From Candidatus Micrarchaeota archaeon (lineage in GTDB: Archaea; Micrarchaeota; Micrarchaeia; Micrarchaeales; CABMGC01), in assembly GCA_028866935.1 (NCBI GenBank), contig JAGWHH010000001.1, positions 1-51,624 on the forward strand: a stretch of 51,624 bases of DNA, in the 5' to 3' direction. Of this stretch, positions 34,873-44,338 are shown piece after piece (position 1 is the stretch's first letter; each line of letters opens with the position of its first letter). The position numbers and the translations under genes were made by a program. Under the pieces are notes generated by a model. The model searched no databases. It was given only the letters and a program-made list of their open reading frames with translations, and had not been told where the DNA came from.

Positions 34873-36261
34873 ATGGCTAAAACGTATCTAGAAATCGTAA
34901 AGTACATGGTAGAGGCAAAGTTCAACATAGAGGGCTTAGTTGACAAGCCTGACATAATCGGAGCGGTATTCGGACAGACCGAAGGGCTGCTTGGAAACGA
35001 CCTTGACCTAAGGGAACTGCAGAAGAACGGAAAGATAGGCAGAATAGAGATAGAAGTAAATCAGTCATCCAACAAGACGTTTGGAAAGCTATTTCTTCCG
35101 GCATCGCTGGACAGGGTAGAGACTTGCATACTTGCAGCTGCTGTAGAAGCGGTTGACAGAGTAGGGCCTTACGAGGCAATATTCTCGGTTGACAAGGTAG
35201 AGGATACAAGGTCAGAGAAGAGGAGAAAGATACTTAACAGGGCAAAGGAGCTGGTAAAGAAGCTCATGACAAGCGGAGGAATGCCTGACAGCAAGGAAAT
35301 CTCAGAACTTGTGCAGGCAGACGTAAGGGCAAGCGAGATCACTGAATACGGGCCTGAGAAGCTTGCAGCAGGACCAGACATCGCAACTAGCGAAGAAGTG
35401 ATAGTTGTAGAAGGAAGGGCAGACGTCCTTAACCTGCTAAGGAATGACATAACCAATGCAATAGCAGTCGGAGGGGCAACAAACAACATACCAAGATCTA
35501 TAGTAGACTTGATGAACCAGAAGGACTCGACTTTGTTCCTTGACGGAGACAGGGGAGGCGACATGATTGCAAGGTCAATACTCAACGTTGCCGAAGTCGA
35601 CTACATAGCCAGGGCGCCTGATGGAAAAGAGGTAGAAGATCTTACAAGAAAGGAGATAATCAAATCAATAAGGACGCGTATACCTACTGACCAGTACAAA
35701 GGCCTGGGAGGCGTAAACCAGCAGCGCAGGGAGCAGCAGCAAAGAAGGCAGGAACCGCAGCCGCAGCAAAGGCCACAACAGACGTATCAGCAGCAACCCG
35801 TGCAGAAGCCTGAGATGCCGACGCAGCAGCCAAAAGCCACGCCGCAGGTCGATGAGGATGACAGTTCAGATCTTCCTAGGATAGACCAGACTAGCTACGA
35901 GCCAGCATCCACACTGGGCAGGATGCCAGCCCAAGAGGCAGCAAGCAACCCTGTTTTGCAGGCGCAGGTGCTATCACAGATATCTGTGGGACTGGATGAG
36001 CTTTCAGGAACACTCAGGTCACGCCTCTATGATAATGCAGGAAACGTGATTAAAGAAGTGCCGATCAGAGAGCTGCTTTCAGAAGTGGACTACTCAAAAG
36101 GGGCATATGCAATAGTTCTTGACGGGGTCATAACGCAAAGGCTCGTTGAGCTGGCGCTGCAGAAGGGGATAAAGGCAATATACGGCCAGAAGGCAAACCC
36201 TCTTACAAGGAAGTTCCACGACATAGTGCTTTACACAAAGGAGCAGGGAACAATATCCTGA
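34873..36261 (+). CDS. dnaG: Archaeal DnaG (TOPRIM primase-like / exosome-associated protein) with a Gln/Pro-rich insertion
   Basis: The N-terminus is MAKTYLEIVKYMVEAKFNIEGLVDKPDIIGAVFGQTEGLLG. TOPRIM motifs are VIVVEGRADVLNL and FLDGDRGGD. The tracked start 34846 is TTG, so ATG 34873 is used. Confidence 0.85.
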   Translation: MAKTYLEIVKYMVEAKFNIEGLVDKPDIIGAVFGQTEGLLGNDLDLRELQKNGKIGRIEIEVNQSSNKTFGKLFLPASLDRVETCILAAAVEAVDRVGPYEAIFSVDKVEDTRSEKRRKILNRAKELVKKLMTSGGMPDSKEISELVQADVRASEITEYGPEKLAAGPDIATSEEVIVVEGRADVLNLLRNDITNAIAVGGATNNIPRSIVDLMNQKDSTLFLDGDRGGDMIARSILNVAEVDYIARAPDGKEVEDLTRKEIIKSIRTRIPTDQYKGLGGVNQQRREQQQRRQEPQPQQRPQQTYQQQPVQKPEMPTQQPKATPQVDEDDSSDLPRIDQTSYEPASTLGRMPAQEAASNPVLQAQVLSQISVGLDELSGTLRSRLYDNAGNVIKEVPIRELLSEVDYSKGAYAIVLDGVITQRLVELALQKGIKAIYGQKANPLTRKFHDIVLYTKEQGTIS

Positions 36262-36316
36262 AGCGAACAGTGCCAGGGCGCACGCGTCTTCCTTAGAAGG
36301 GAAGGGAGGCATAAGC

Positions 36317-37534
36317 ATGTTTTTATTCGGAAGTAAGGGTGCAGATAAGATACCTAGCGCCGAGCTCATGCAGCTCCTAAATTCGATATTCAACAAGAGG
36401 TTCGCGCAGCTTGAGTCAAGGGCAGCAGGCATAACTCTCCAGCTCACAAAAGAGAAGGAGAGGTTCGCAATGTCATGCGATAATTTTGAGAGGCTGAATG
36501 CGGAGCCATACACAGAGGATTTATGGAATCCTAACATAAACGCAATAAATAGCCAGAAAGCTGCATACTCGACCAAGCTCAGGAATCTGGTATCAGAGAT
36601 GGACCTGTCCACGCAAGACGCACTGGATGTATACTCAAGGTACAGAGATATCCTTCTGGCCGTAGATGATGCTACAGAAAAGATCCTTAAGGCAAACGCA
36701 GACTTCAAGATCGTCCTTTACTGCTATTCAAACCATCTTAGGGAGTTTAAGAAGTCATTCTCTTCCATAGAGCAGCTAAGAGATACGCTCAAGAAGGAGC
36801 TTGAGTCAAGGGCTGCGGACTACGAAATATACTACAGGATATGCAGCAACATCTCAAGACTGCATCAGCATACCGAGGAGCTTGAGCTCCTTAATGGCAG
36901 CATAAGCGCCCTCTGTGAAACTTCTGGTAGCATAGACGAGAGTTCAATAGGGAGGGAGGAGGCCGAGGTATCCAGGAAGATCTCAGAAAAGGCCAAAGAG
37001 CTTCAGGCTGCAGCCGCACAGATATCAGACCTGTCTAACTCAATAAACATGCTCGTTGCACCGCTCAGGAAGGCATCAAGGAAGTTCGACCACGCCTCAG
37101 GAAGGAAGATACATATCACAGATTTCATTGAGGACCCGATAAATACCATAAAAGGCAAAGAGGATTATGACAGGTTCATTGATCTTGTCTTGGACCTAAA
37201 GAAATATGTCGATGCGGATTCCAGCGATGTGAAAAACAGGGAAAGCACCATTGCCTCGATAACTGCGCTGGCAGCTTCAGATATGCTCTCTGACATAAAT
37301 GGCCTTGAAGGCATGAAATCAAGAAAGCGTGCGATAGAAAGCGAGATAAGGGATCTTGAAAGGATAATGGACGGGCTGAAAGAGGGAAGAAGCGGCATAG
37401 CCAGTTCTGCGCACGAGATGGAGCGCATGCACAAGGCAGCAGAAGAGTTGGAAAGGTCAAGGATAAAGCTCAAAGAACAAATTGAGAAAGAGTTCCTTGA
37501 CAATTACAGCAAGAAGATATCAATAATCATGTGA
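36317..37534 (+). CDS. Hypothetical coiled-coil protein
   Basis: 405-aa ORF, Glu/Lys/Leu/Ser-rich and heptad-like throughout. No enzymatic motif. Confidence 0.45.
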   Translation: MFLFGSKGADKIPSAELMQLLNSIFNKRFAQLESRAAGITLQLTKEKERFAMSCDNFERLNAEPYTEDLWNPNINAINSQKAAYSTKLRNLVSEMDLSTQDALDVYSRYRDILLAVDDATEKILKANADFKIVLYCYSNHLREFKKSFSSIEQLRDTLKKELESRAADYEIYYRICSNISRLHQHTEELELLNGSISALCETSGSIDESSIGREEAEVSRKISEKAKELQAAAAQISDLSNSINMLVAPLRKASRKFDHASGRKIHITDFIEDPINTIKGKEDYDRFIDLVLDLKKYVDADSSDVKNRESTIASITALAASDMLSDINGLEGMKSRKRAIESEIRDLERIMDGLKEGRSGIASSAHEMERMHKAAEELERSRIKLKEQIEKEFLDNYSKKISIIM

Positions 37535-39215
37535 TTGCATATCGCTTCTCTATCTCGGTCTTTAGCTGAGCTATGAAGTCTGAGTTCTTTACCTGGTTCT
37601 TCTGCGTGCCATCCCTCATTCTTACGGCCAGGGTTGCGCTCTCCTCCTCCTTCTTGCCCACCACAACAGTGTAAGGTATCTCATGCATCTTGGCATCCCT
37701 TATCTTGTACTGGAGAGTCCTGTCTGAAATGTCAAGAAGTGTCCTGATCCCATTCTCTTTAAGCTCTCTGTAAACTTTTTGAGCGTAATCGCTTACCTGT
37801 TCAGAAATGGATACAACCGCGACCTGTGTAGGCGCAATCCATACTGGCAGCTTTCCATGGAAGTGCTCTACAAGTATTGCAGTGAACCTCTCAACAGACC
37901 CAAGCGCAGCACGGTGTATTATCACAGGACTATGCTGTTTTCCATCCTCTGCAGTGTATTCAAGACCAAAGCGCAAAGGCTGTTGGTAGTCGACCTGCAT
38001 GGTAGCGCATTGCCATGCCCTGCCCATTGAGTCATGAACATCAAAATCAATCTTTGGTCCGTAAAATGCGCCCTCCTTGTCCTTAATCTCATATTCCATT
38101 GCGCTCTTTTCAAGAGCGCTCCTAAGCTGCTTTGTGGCCTTCTCCCATAGTGCTTCATCGCCCATATGCTTGTCTGGCATTGTCGAAAGCTTGGCAGTGA
38201 ACTTAAGTCCGAAAGTTTCGTAGACCGTCTTGACAAACTTTAGGAACCTGCCCGCCTCTTCCTCAATCTGGTCCTCCCTTAGGAAGATATGGCCGTCGTC
38301 CTGAGTCATCTCCATCACCCTGAAGAGGCCAGTAAGCGCCCCGCTCACTTCCTTCCTGTAGAGCTTGTCAAAGGTAGCGGTGCGGAAAGGAAGTTCCCTA
38401 TAACTCCATTTCTTTGATTTGTAGATAAGTATCGTAGATGGGCAGTTCATGGGCTTAAGTCCGAGCTGCCCCATGTCGGTATCAAACATGAACATGTTCT
38501 CTTTATAATTTTCAAAGTGTCCGCTCACATGCCATAGCGCAGTGTTTGCGATAGCTGGAGTACTTGTCTCTTCATAACCATCCTTCTCCTCGAGCTCCCG
38601 AATAAATTTTATAAGCTGTTTGTAGATTGTGTAGCCGTTAGGATGCCAGTATACCATTGACGGAGAGACTTCCTGGAAGCTGTAAAGGTCAAGCTGCTCG
38701 CCTATCGTCCTGTGGTCCTCCTTTGCAAGCCCAGACCAGTCACTCTTCCTTACTATGGACGTGTTTATCTCAACAGGCTTTACCTTTTTGTATATCTTTT
38801 CTGATGCCTTTGGCCCATAGCTTCTTGCCTGCTCGGCAAGCGGATGCCCCTTTATCGCAAATGTGGGCTTCTTCGTCCATCCGAATGGGGCCTTGTAAAC
38901 CTTGAACTCCTTTGAAATGTTCTTGTACATATCATTTATGATCTGCATTGCCTCTTTTGGACGTGCAAGGTTGTTGCTAAGGTGTGCATAAGGGTAAAGT
39001 ACGACGGTCTTCCTTCCAAGCTGCTTAAGAAATTTCTCTATGTCCTTTACTGCAGTATCTCCAGTCTCAACCGTATCTCCTTCCTCTATACTGATAAGTA
39101 CAAGAAGGGCGTCATCTACTGATACGCTTTTCTGCTCAGGTTCTTCGTAAACTTCAGCCTCAGGCCTGATTGCTTCATACTTAATGTTATCAGAGTCTAA
39201 CTCCAGTATCCTCAC
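37527..39215 (-). CDS. thrS: Threonyl-tRNA synthetase with an archaeal-type N-terminal editing domain
   Basis: The N-terminus MRILELDSDNIKYEAI...LVLISIEEGD looks like the archaeal ThrRS editing domain. Class II core motifs are FRTATFDKLYRKE, GLFRVMEMTQDDGHIF and HRAALGSVERF. A C-terminal anticodon-binding domain follows. Confidence 0.85.
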   Translation of the reverse strand: MRILELDSDNIKYEAIRPEAEVYEEPEQKSVSVDDALLVLISIEEGDTVETGDTAVKDIEKFLKQLGRKTVVLYPYAHLSNNLARPKEAMQIINDMYKNISKEFKVYKAPFGWTKKPTFAIKGHPLAEQARSYGPKASEKIYKKVKPVEINTSIVRKSDWSGLAKEDHRTIGEQLDLYSFQEVSPSMVYWHPNGYTIYKQLIKFIRELEEKDGYEETSTPAIANTALWHVSGHFENYKENMFMFDTDMGQLGLKPMNCPSTILIYKSKKWSYRELPFRTATFDKLYRKEVSGALTGLFRVMEMTQDDGHIFLREDQIEEEAGRFLKFVKTVYETFGLKFTAKLSTMPDKHMGDEALWEKATKQLRSALEKSAMEYEIKDKEGAFYGPKIDFDVHDSMGRAWQCATMQVDYQQPLRFGLEYTAEDGKQHSPVIIHRAALGSVERFTAILVEHFHGKLPVWIAPTQVAVVSISEQVSDYAQKVYRELKENGIRTLLDISDRTLQYKIRDAKMHEIPYTVVVGKKEEESATLAVRMRDGTQKNQVKNSDFIAQLKTEIEKRYAIT

Positions 39216-39349
39216 TATATCACTGACAGAATAGCTTATGACCCTAAGAATTTAAAGCCTTTCTTCAGCGACTGCGGCATTAACGTTAACTATTAGGAAG
39301 GCTTATATATTATAATGTCATAACATTAAATTATATACAAGATGAGTCC

Positions 39350-39568
39350 ATGGCTGGGGAAAAAAGGAAATATACTACGATAACAATACCAACAGCACTG
39401 TTCGATAACATAAAGAGGGAGATAGCTGCTACAGGCTTTTCTTCAGTATCCGATTACGCTACATACATACTGCGCGAAACTACCGCAGAGCTAGCCCTTA
39501 GGAAATCGAGCAACAAGTCGAAAAGCGCAATTGCAGAAAAATTAAAGGCATTAGGATACATCTCGTGA
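39350..39568 (+). CDS. Ribbon-helix-helix (CopG/Arc/MetJ-like) DNA-binding protein
   Basis: A beta strand YTTITIPTALFDNIKREIA is followed by two helices (FSSVSDYATYILRE). 72 aa. Confidence 0.55.
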   Translation: MAGEKRKYTTITIPTALFDNIKREIAATGFSSVSDYATYILRETTAELALRKSSNKSKSAIAEKLKALGYIS

Positions 39569-39572
39569 TAAA

Positions 39573-39854
39573 ATGGCAGGAATCAAGGACATTATGGGAG
39601 CCTTAAACAAGGAGCAGTCAAAAGCGAACTGGGAGAAATTCGGGAAAGCAGTAAAGTCGTCAGGATTGAAATACTACCATATCGAATTTGACAAGTCTAA
39701 GGTAAATGAACTTGAGGATTTAAGGAAAGCGCATGCAGACTTGTACGATTCCAAAGAGAAGCTTGTATACAAGATACCTATAATCATGGAAAACGGGAAG
39801 AAGATAAGAGGAGCAACAATCTACCTGAAAGGACTGCTTAATCTGAACAAATAG
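39573..39854 (+). CDS. Hypothetical small protein
   Basis: 93-aa ORF starting 5 nt after the RHH gene and ending 9 nt before cysD. No family recognised. Confidence 0.4.
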   Translation: MAGIKDIMGALNKEQSKANWEKFGKAVKSSGLKYYHIEFDKSKVNELEDLRKAHADLYDSKEKLVYKIPIIMENGKKIRGATIYLKGLLNLNK

Positions 39855-39862
39855 GCGACTTT

Positions 39863-40651
39863 ATGATAAAGCAAAATATAGATGAGCTAGAGGAAAAAGG
39901 CATTTATGTAATCAGAGAGGCAAAGACCAAATTCAAGAATGTGGCAGCGCTCTGGTCTATGGGAAAGGATTCTACTACAATGCTTGCACTGGCGAGGAAG
40001 GCGTTCCTAGGAAAGGTCCCATTCCCTGTCATCCATATTGATAACGGCATCGATTTTCCAGAAACATATCAGTTCAGGGAGGAGCTTGCAAAGAAATGGA
40101 AACTTGATCTTATAGTTGCAGAAAGCGAGATAAAGCCGGAGATGTCGGGTTTTTCCTGCTGCGGCGAAAACAAGACTGTCGCGCTCAAGAAGGTTATGGC
40201 AAAGTACGGATTCGACGCCCTCATAGTCTCTATCAGGAGGGATGAGCACGGTATAAGGGCCAAGGAGAGGTACGTGAGCCCCAGGGATCATAACTTCAAA
40301 TGGAACTATAAAGACCAGCCCGCCGAGCTTTGGAACGATTATTCATCTAAGCTAGATGAGAAAGGGCACGTAAGAGTGCATCCACTTCTGGACTTCAATG
40401 AAATAGACGTCTGGAATTACATAAAGAGAGAAAAGGTACCTATGAACCCACTCTACTATTCAAGGAACGGATACAGATACAGAAGCCTTGGATGCACCCA
40501 CTGCACGACAGCAGTAAAGTCCAATGCAAAGTCAATAGATGACATAATCAAGGAGCTCGAGGTCACCAAGGTCGAGGAAAGGGCAGGAAGAGACCAGGAC
40601 AAGGAAAAAAGTTACATTATGTCAAGGCTCCGCGCACTCGGATATATGTAG
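39863..40651 (+). CDS. cysD: Sulfate adenylyltransferase subunit 2 (CysD, PAPS-reductase-fold ATP pyrophosphatase)
   Basis: PP-loop motif WSMGKDSTTMLAL, then PFPVIHIDNGIDFPETYQFR. The C-terminus ERAGRDQDKEKSYIMSRLRALGYM is typical of CysD. Confidence 0.75.
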   Translation: MIKQNIDELEEKGIYVIREAKTKFKNVAALWSMGKDSTTMLALARKAFLGKVPFPVIHIDNGIDFPETYQFREELAKKWKLDLIVAESEIKPEMSGFSCCGENKTVALKKVMAKYGFDALIVSIRRDEHGIRAKERYVSPRDHNFKWNYKDQPAELWNDYSSKLDEKGHVRVHPLLDFNEIDVWNYIKREKVPMNPLYYSRNGYRYRSLGCTHCTTAVKSNAKSIDDIIKELEVTKVEERAGRDQDKEKSYIMSRLRALGYM

Positions 40652-40659
40652 GTGGTAAA

Positions 40660-41058
40660 TTGGTATTCAAAAAAGGACACCCAACTTATCTAAAGCATTA
40701 CTCAGAAGAAACTAATGAAAAAATGAAGAAGGCATGGATGCATAGAAAATTTCCAGAAAAGGATAGCGAATTAGAACTCAAATTACAAATGGCATCAAGT
40801 CAAAATTATATAAAATTCGAAAAGCAAGCCCAATTTACAGGCCGCCCTGACATATTTATCCAACCTACTCCATGTATCTTTGTAGATGGTTGTTATTGGC
40901 ACGGTTGTAATTGCAAATTTAATCAAAATCAAAAAGGCCAACATGCCGATTATATAAAAACTAGAATCCAACCTGACACAGTAGTAAGTGAAGAATTTAC
41001 TAACCAAGGCTTCATAGTGCTTTGGTTTCGAGAACATGAAATACAAAGGGGCATTTAG
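40660..41058 (+). CDS. Vsr-like (very-short-patch repair / EDxHD-type) endonuclease, free-standing, inserted between cysD and cysN
   Basis: The Vsr core is GRPDIFIQPTPCIFVDGCYWHGCNC...GFIVLWFREHEI. TTG start preceded by GGTGG. The segment is visibly more AT-rich than both flanks. Confidence 0.6.
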   Translation: MVFKKGHPTYLKHYSEETNEKMKKAWMHRKFPEKDSELELKLQMASSQNYIKFEKQAQFTGRPDIFIQPTPCIFVDGCYWHGCNCKFNQNQKGQHADYIKTRIQPDTVVSEEFTNQGFIVLWFREHEIQRGI

Positions 41059-41088
41059 AGTGCATAAATAAGACAAGATCATACCGTA

Positions 41089-42315
41089 ATGTTTCAAAGT
41101 GAAAAGATGGACATAACTAGAGTAACTCTATTAGGACATAAAGATCACGGTAAATCGACTTTGATAGGAAATCTACTAATAGAAACGAAATCCGTATCAT
41201 CCCAAAGGATAAACGAAGCAAAGAAGATAAGCAAACAGCTTAATAGGCATTTTGAGCCTGGATTCATCCTAGACAGTTTTGAGGAGGAGAGGGAGGGCGG
41301 CCTTACCATAGATACTACTAGGGCACAGATACTATACAAAAAGGGCGCTTTCGAGTTCATAGATGTGCCGGGGCACGAGGAGCTGATAAAGAACATGATA
41401 AGCGGGGCATCTAATGCAGATTTTGCAATCCTTATGGTCTCTGCAAGAAAAGACGAAGGAATAAGGGATCAGACACTAAGACATCTGTTCCTCGCGCAAA
41501 TGCTCGGTATAAGGAAAATAATAGTTGCCGTAAATAAGATGGATCAAATAGGCTATGATGAAGAAGTATTTTCAGGAATAAAGGAAACAATCTACGAATT
41601 CCTGACAAAGATAGGATATGAACTCAAGAACATACACGTCGTTCCGATATCAGCATATAATGCCGAAAACCTGAAGTCCAGATCTAAGAACATGAAATGG
41701 TATAAAGGCAAGCCACTGCTGGACATAATGTTAGAAGAATCCAAATCCGAAAATAGGTCTGCAGGTACTGAACTTAGGGTATCAGTACAGGGTACTTTAG
41801 ACGGACAAGATTTACTTATAGGCAGAGTACTGTCAGGCACGCTCAGAAACGGCGAAAGGATAGTAATGCTTCCTCAAAACTCTCAATACAAGGTATCAAC
41901 TCTATTCATAAAGGGCAAGAAGGCAAAGTCAGCCAAGCCAGGCCAAAGTGTAGCTATAAAGCTGGACAAGAAGCCACCTGTAGAAGCAAGAGGCTCAGTC
42001 ATATGTCATATTGACAAGTCAATAAAGCCAGACAGCAGATTCAATGTGCTCATGTTCGCTGTGAAGAAGCCAGGCTCAGAAACAACCATAAATTTCAATG
42101 GAAACTCGCTAGGATGCAAGCTACGCATAACAGAAGTTATAGACACCACAACAGGAAGCAGGACAAACGAGGCACTAAAGCCGCTCAACGCAGCAAAAGC
42201 AGTTATAGATATCAACAGAAAGATAGTCGCAGAGCCTTTCAGCAAGTCCGAGCAGCTTGGGAGGTTCGTTTTATACGAAAAAGGGGAATTCTCAGGAATA
42301 GGCGTTATTATATAA
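41089..42315 (+). CDS. cysN: Sulfate adenylyltransferase subunit 1 (CysN-type translational GTPase), no APS kinase domain
   Basis: GTPase motifs GHKDHGKST (G1), DVPGHE (G3) and NKMD (G4), followed by EF-Tu-like beta-barrel domains. Assigned to CysN by linkage with cysD. Confidence 0.65.
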   Translation: MFQSEKMDITRVTLLGHKDHGKSTLIGNLLIETKSVSSQRINEAKKISKQLNRHFEPGFILDSFEEEREGGLTIDTTRAQILYKKGAFEFIDVPGHEELIKNMISGASNADFAILMVSARKDEGIRDQTLRHLFLAQMLGIRKIIVAVNKMDQIGYDEEVFSGIKETIYEFLTKIGYELKNIHVVPISAYNAENLKSRSKNMKWYKGKPLLDIMLEESKSENRSAGTELRVSVQGTLDGQDLLIGRVLSGTLRNGERIVMLPQNSQYKVSTLFIKGKKAKSAKPGQSVAIKLDKKPPVEARGSVICHIDKSIKPDSRFNVLMFAVKKPGSETTINFNGNSLGCKLRITEVIDTTTGSRTNEALKPLNAAKAVIDINRKIVAEPFSKSEQLGRFVLYEKGEFSGIGVII

Positions 42316-42343
42316 GTTATAACAATAATGATTGAGTGATTTT

Positions 42344-43516
42344 ATGAAAGTAATGATATTAGGCGCAGACGGATATCTGGGATGGCCATTGTCGCTGAGG
42401 CTTATGGCGAGAGGTCATGAAGTGATAGGAGTGGACAATTTCGCTACCAGAAAGTCAGTGAAGGAAGTAGGTTCAGATTCAGCAATACCTATCCTTAGCA
42501 TGGAAAATAGGGTGAAAGCAGCCAAAGACATCCACGGATACAATATGAAATTTTACAGAGGCGATATAACAAAGTACGGCGTCCTTCATAAAATAATAAA
42601 GGAAGAGAAACCAGACACAGTGGTTCATTTTGCTGAGCAAAGGTCTGCGCCATATTCAATGATAAACGCAAAGCATGCTGCGTATACTATGTCAAACAAC
42701 ATCATAGGAACTATTAATCTCATATATGCCATAATGGACATAGACCCAAAAATTCACATAGTAAAGATGGGAACCATGGGCGAGTTCGGGACTCCGAACT
42801 TCGATATCCCGGAATCCCCATTTGTAGATGTGGAAATAAACGGAAGAAAGGACAGGATAACAACACCCAAGTTTGCAGGATCGTGGTATCATTGGACAAA
42901 GGTGCACGACACCAACAACATACTTTTCGCAAACAAGGCGTGGAAGATAACAACAACAGATATAATGCAAGGGCCGGTATACGGAACCAGGACAAAGGAA
43001 ATAACGGACAAGAAGCTCCACAGCCGTTTCGATTTTGATGAAGTATGGGGAACTGTAGTTAACAGGTTTACAGTAGAATCAGTGCTTGGAATACCGCTTA
43101 CTGCTTATGGCGCAGGTGGCCAGATAAGGGGCTATCTATCGCTTGAGGACAGCATGGAGGCGCTAAGGCTTCTTGTAGAGAATCCTCCAGAAAGCGGCTC
43201 ATACAGGTCAGCAAACCAGTTCGTTGAGCTTCTGAGCATAAATGAAATAGCAGACATCATCCAAAAGGCAGCAAAGAAGCATGGGATAGACATTGGCGTT
43301 GAGCACATGGAGAACCCCAGAATAGAAGCGGACAGACACTACTACAATCCAGAGATAAAGGTTCTCCCAGCCCTCGGATTCCACCCAAAGCTAAAGATGG
43401 CAGACCTTTCAGAGCAGCTGGTCAAGGATGTGATGCCTTACAAGGCACGCATGAACAAGTTCAGAGAAAGAATACTGCCGCACACAAACTGGAGAAGAGT
43501 AGAAAACGCCAGGTAA
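42344..43516 (+). CDS. UDP-sulfoquinovose synthase (SQD1/SqdB/Agl3-like extended SDR)
   Basis: MKVMILGADGYLGWPLSLRLMARGHEVIGVDNFATRK...IPILSMENR is the characteristic SQD1-type N-terminus. About 390 aa, as for Agl3/SQD1. The tracked start 42332 is TTG, so ATG 42344 is used. Confidence 0.7.
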   Translation: MKVMILGADGYLGWPLSLRLMARGHEVIGVDNFATRKSVKEVGSDSAIPILSMENRVKAAKDIHGYNMKFYRGDITKYGVLHKIIKEEKPDTVVHFAEQRSAPYSMINAKHAAYTMSNNIIGTINLIYAIMDIDPKIHIVKMGTMGEFGTPNFDIPESPFVDVEINGRKDRITTPKFAGSWYHWTKVHDTNNILFANKAWKITTTDIMQGPVYGTRTKEITDKKLHSRFDFDEVWGTVVNRFTVESVLGIPLTAYGAGGQIRGYLSLEDSMEALRLLVENPPESGSYRSANQFVELLSINEIADIIQKAAKKHGIDIGVEHMENPRIEADRHYYNPEIKVLPALGFHPKLKMADLSEQLVKDVMPYKARMNKFRERILPHTNWRRVENAR

Positions 43517-44269
43517 TCAGAGGTTCTCAAAGGAGTATTCAATGGCTTTATGGTAGTTGTCGGTATCTCCTACATTTAGCCATCTTTCTTTCTCTAGGAG
43601 TATCCCATAAGCCTTGCCTCCGCTCTTTATCAGGCTCTGGATACCTGCGGTAAGCTCAAGCTCGCTTCCTGTAGGCTTGGATGTCTTAAGATGTTCGAAT
43701 ATTTTATGTGAAAAGACATACACTGCAGATATCATCATGTTTGATTTAGGGTTCTTTGGCTTCTCCTCTGCGCCAGTAATCCTGAATGCCTTATGCCCCA
43801 TGTAAGTCCATGCATCAGCCACTTCTGCTATGCCGTACCTTTTGGGGTTGTCCGTCTTCCTTAATAGCAAAACAACGTCTGCGTCTTTCTCCATGAATAG
43901 GCTTGCAGCCTCTACGTATCCTCCAGTGAGTACTCCATCATCAGCGTGCACAAATACTGGTTCATGGCTTGCATAGTCCTCTCCGCGCAGTACCGCGTCT
44001 CCAAAGCCCTTTGGCTGGTTCTGGAAGACAAATGTAACTCCGCGGTCAAAAAGGTAATCCATAAGCAGCGATCTGTGCTTTCCAACCACAAAGCAGAATT
44101 TCGACACGCCTGCAAGTGCAAGCGAGTCCATTATGTAATCTGCAACAGGCACAATTATCTTTTCGTTGTTCTCAGTTTTGAAGAGCGGCAGGAGTGCCTT
44201 TGGAACAACAGAAGTAACCCTTTTCATGCGGCTCCCTTCGCCTGCTGAGGTCACTATTGCCTTTAGCAC
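43517..44269 (-). CDS. Sugar-1-phosphate nucleotidyltransferase (UTP-glucose-1-phosphate uridylyltransferase-like, Agl4-like)
   Basis: Motif SAGEGSRMKRVTSVVPKALLPL (GxGxR...K), then FQNQPKGFGDAV. 250 aa with a GTG start. Confidence 0.7.
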   Translation of the reverse strand: MLKAIVTSAGEGSRMKRVTSVVPKALLPLFKTENNEKIIVPVADYIMDSLALAGVSKFCFVVGKHRSLLMDYLFDRGVTFVFQNQPKGFGDAVLRGEDYASHEPVFVHADDGVLTGGYVEAASLFMEKDADVVLLLRKTDNPKRYGIAEVADAWTYMGHKAFRITGAEEKPKNPKSNMMISAVYVFSHKIFEHLKTSKPTGSELELTAGIQSLIKSGGKAYGILLEKERWLNVGDTDNYHKAIEYSFENL

Positions 44270-44338
44270 TCCGCTCTTAATGCAAACACCACTATTAGTT
44301 AGATAAATAAGCTTTTAATACTAAATACTTTTGAGAAA

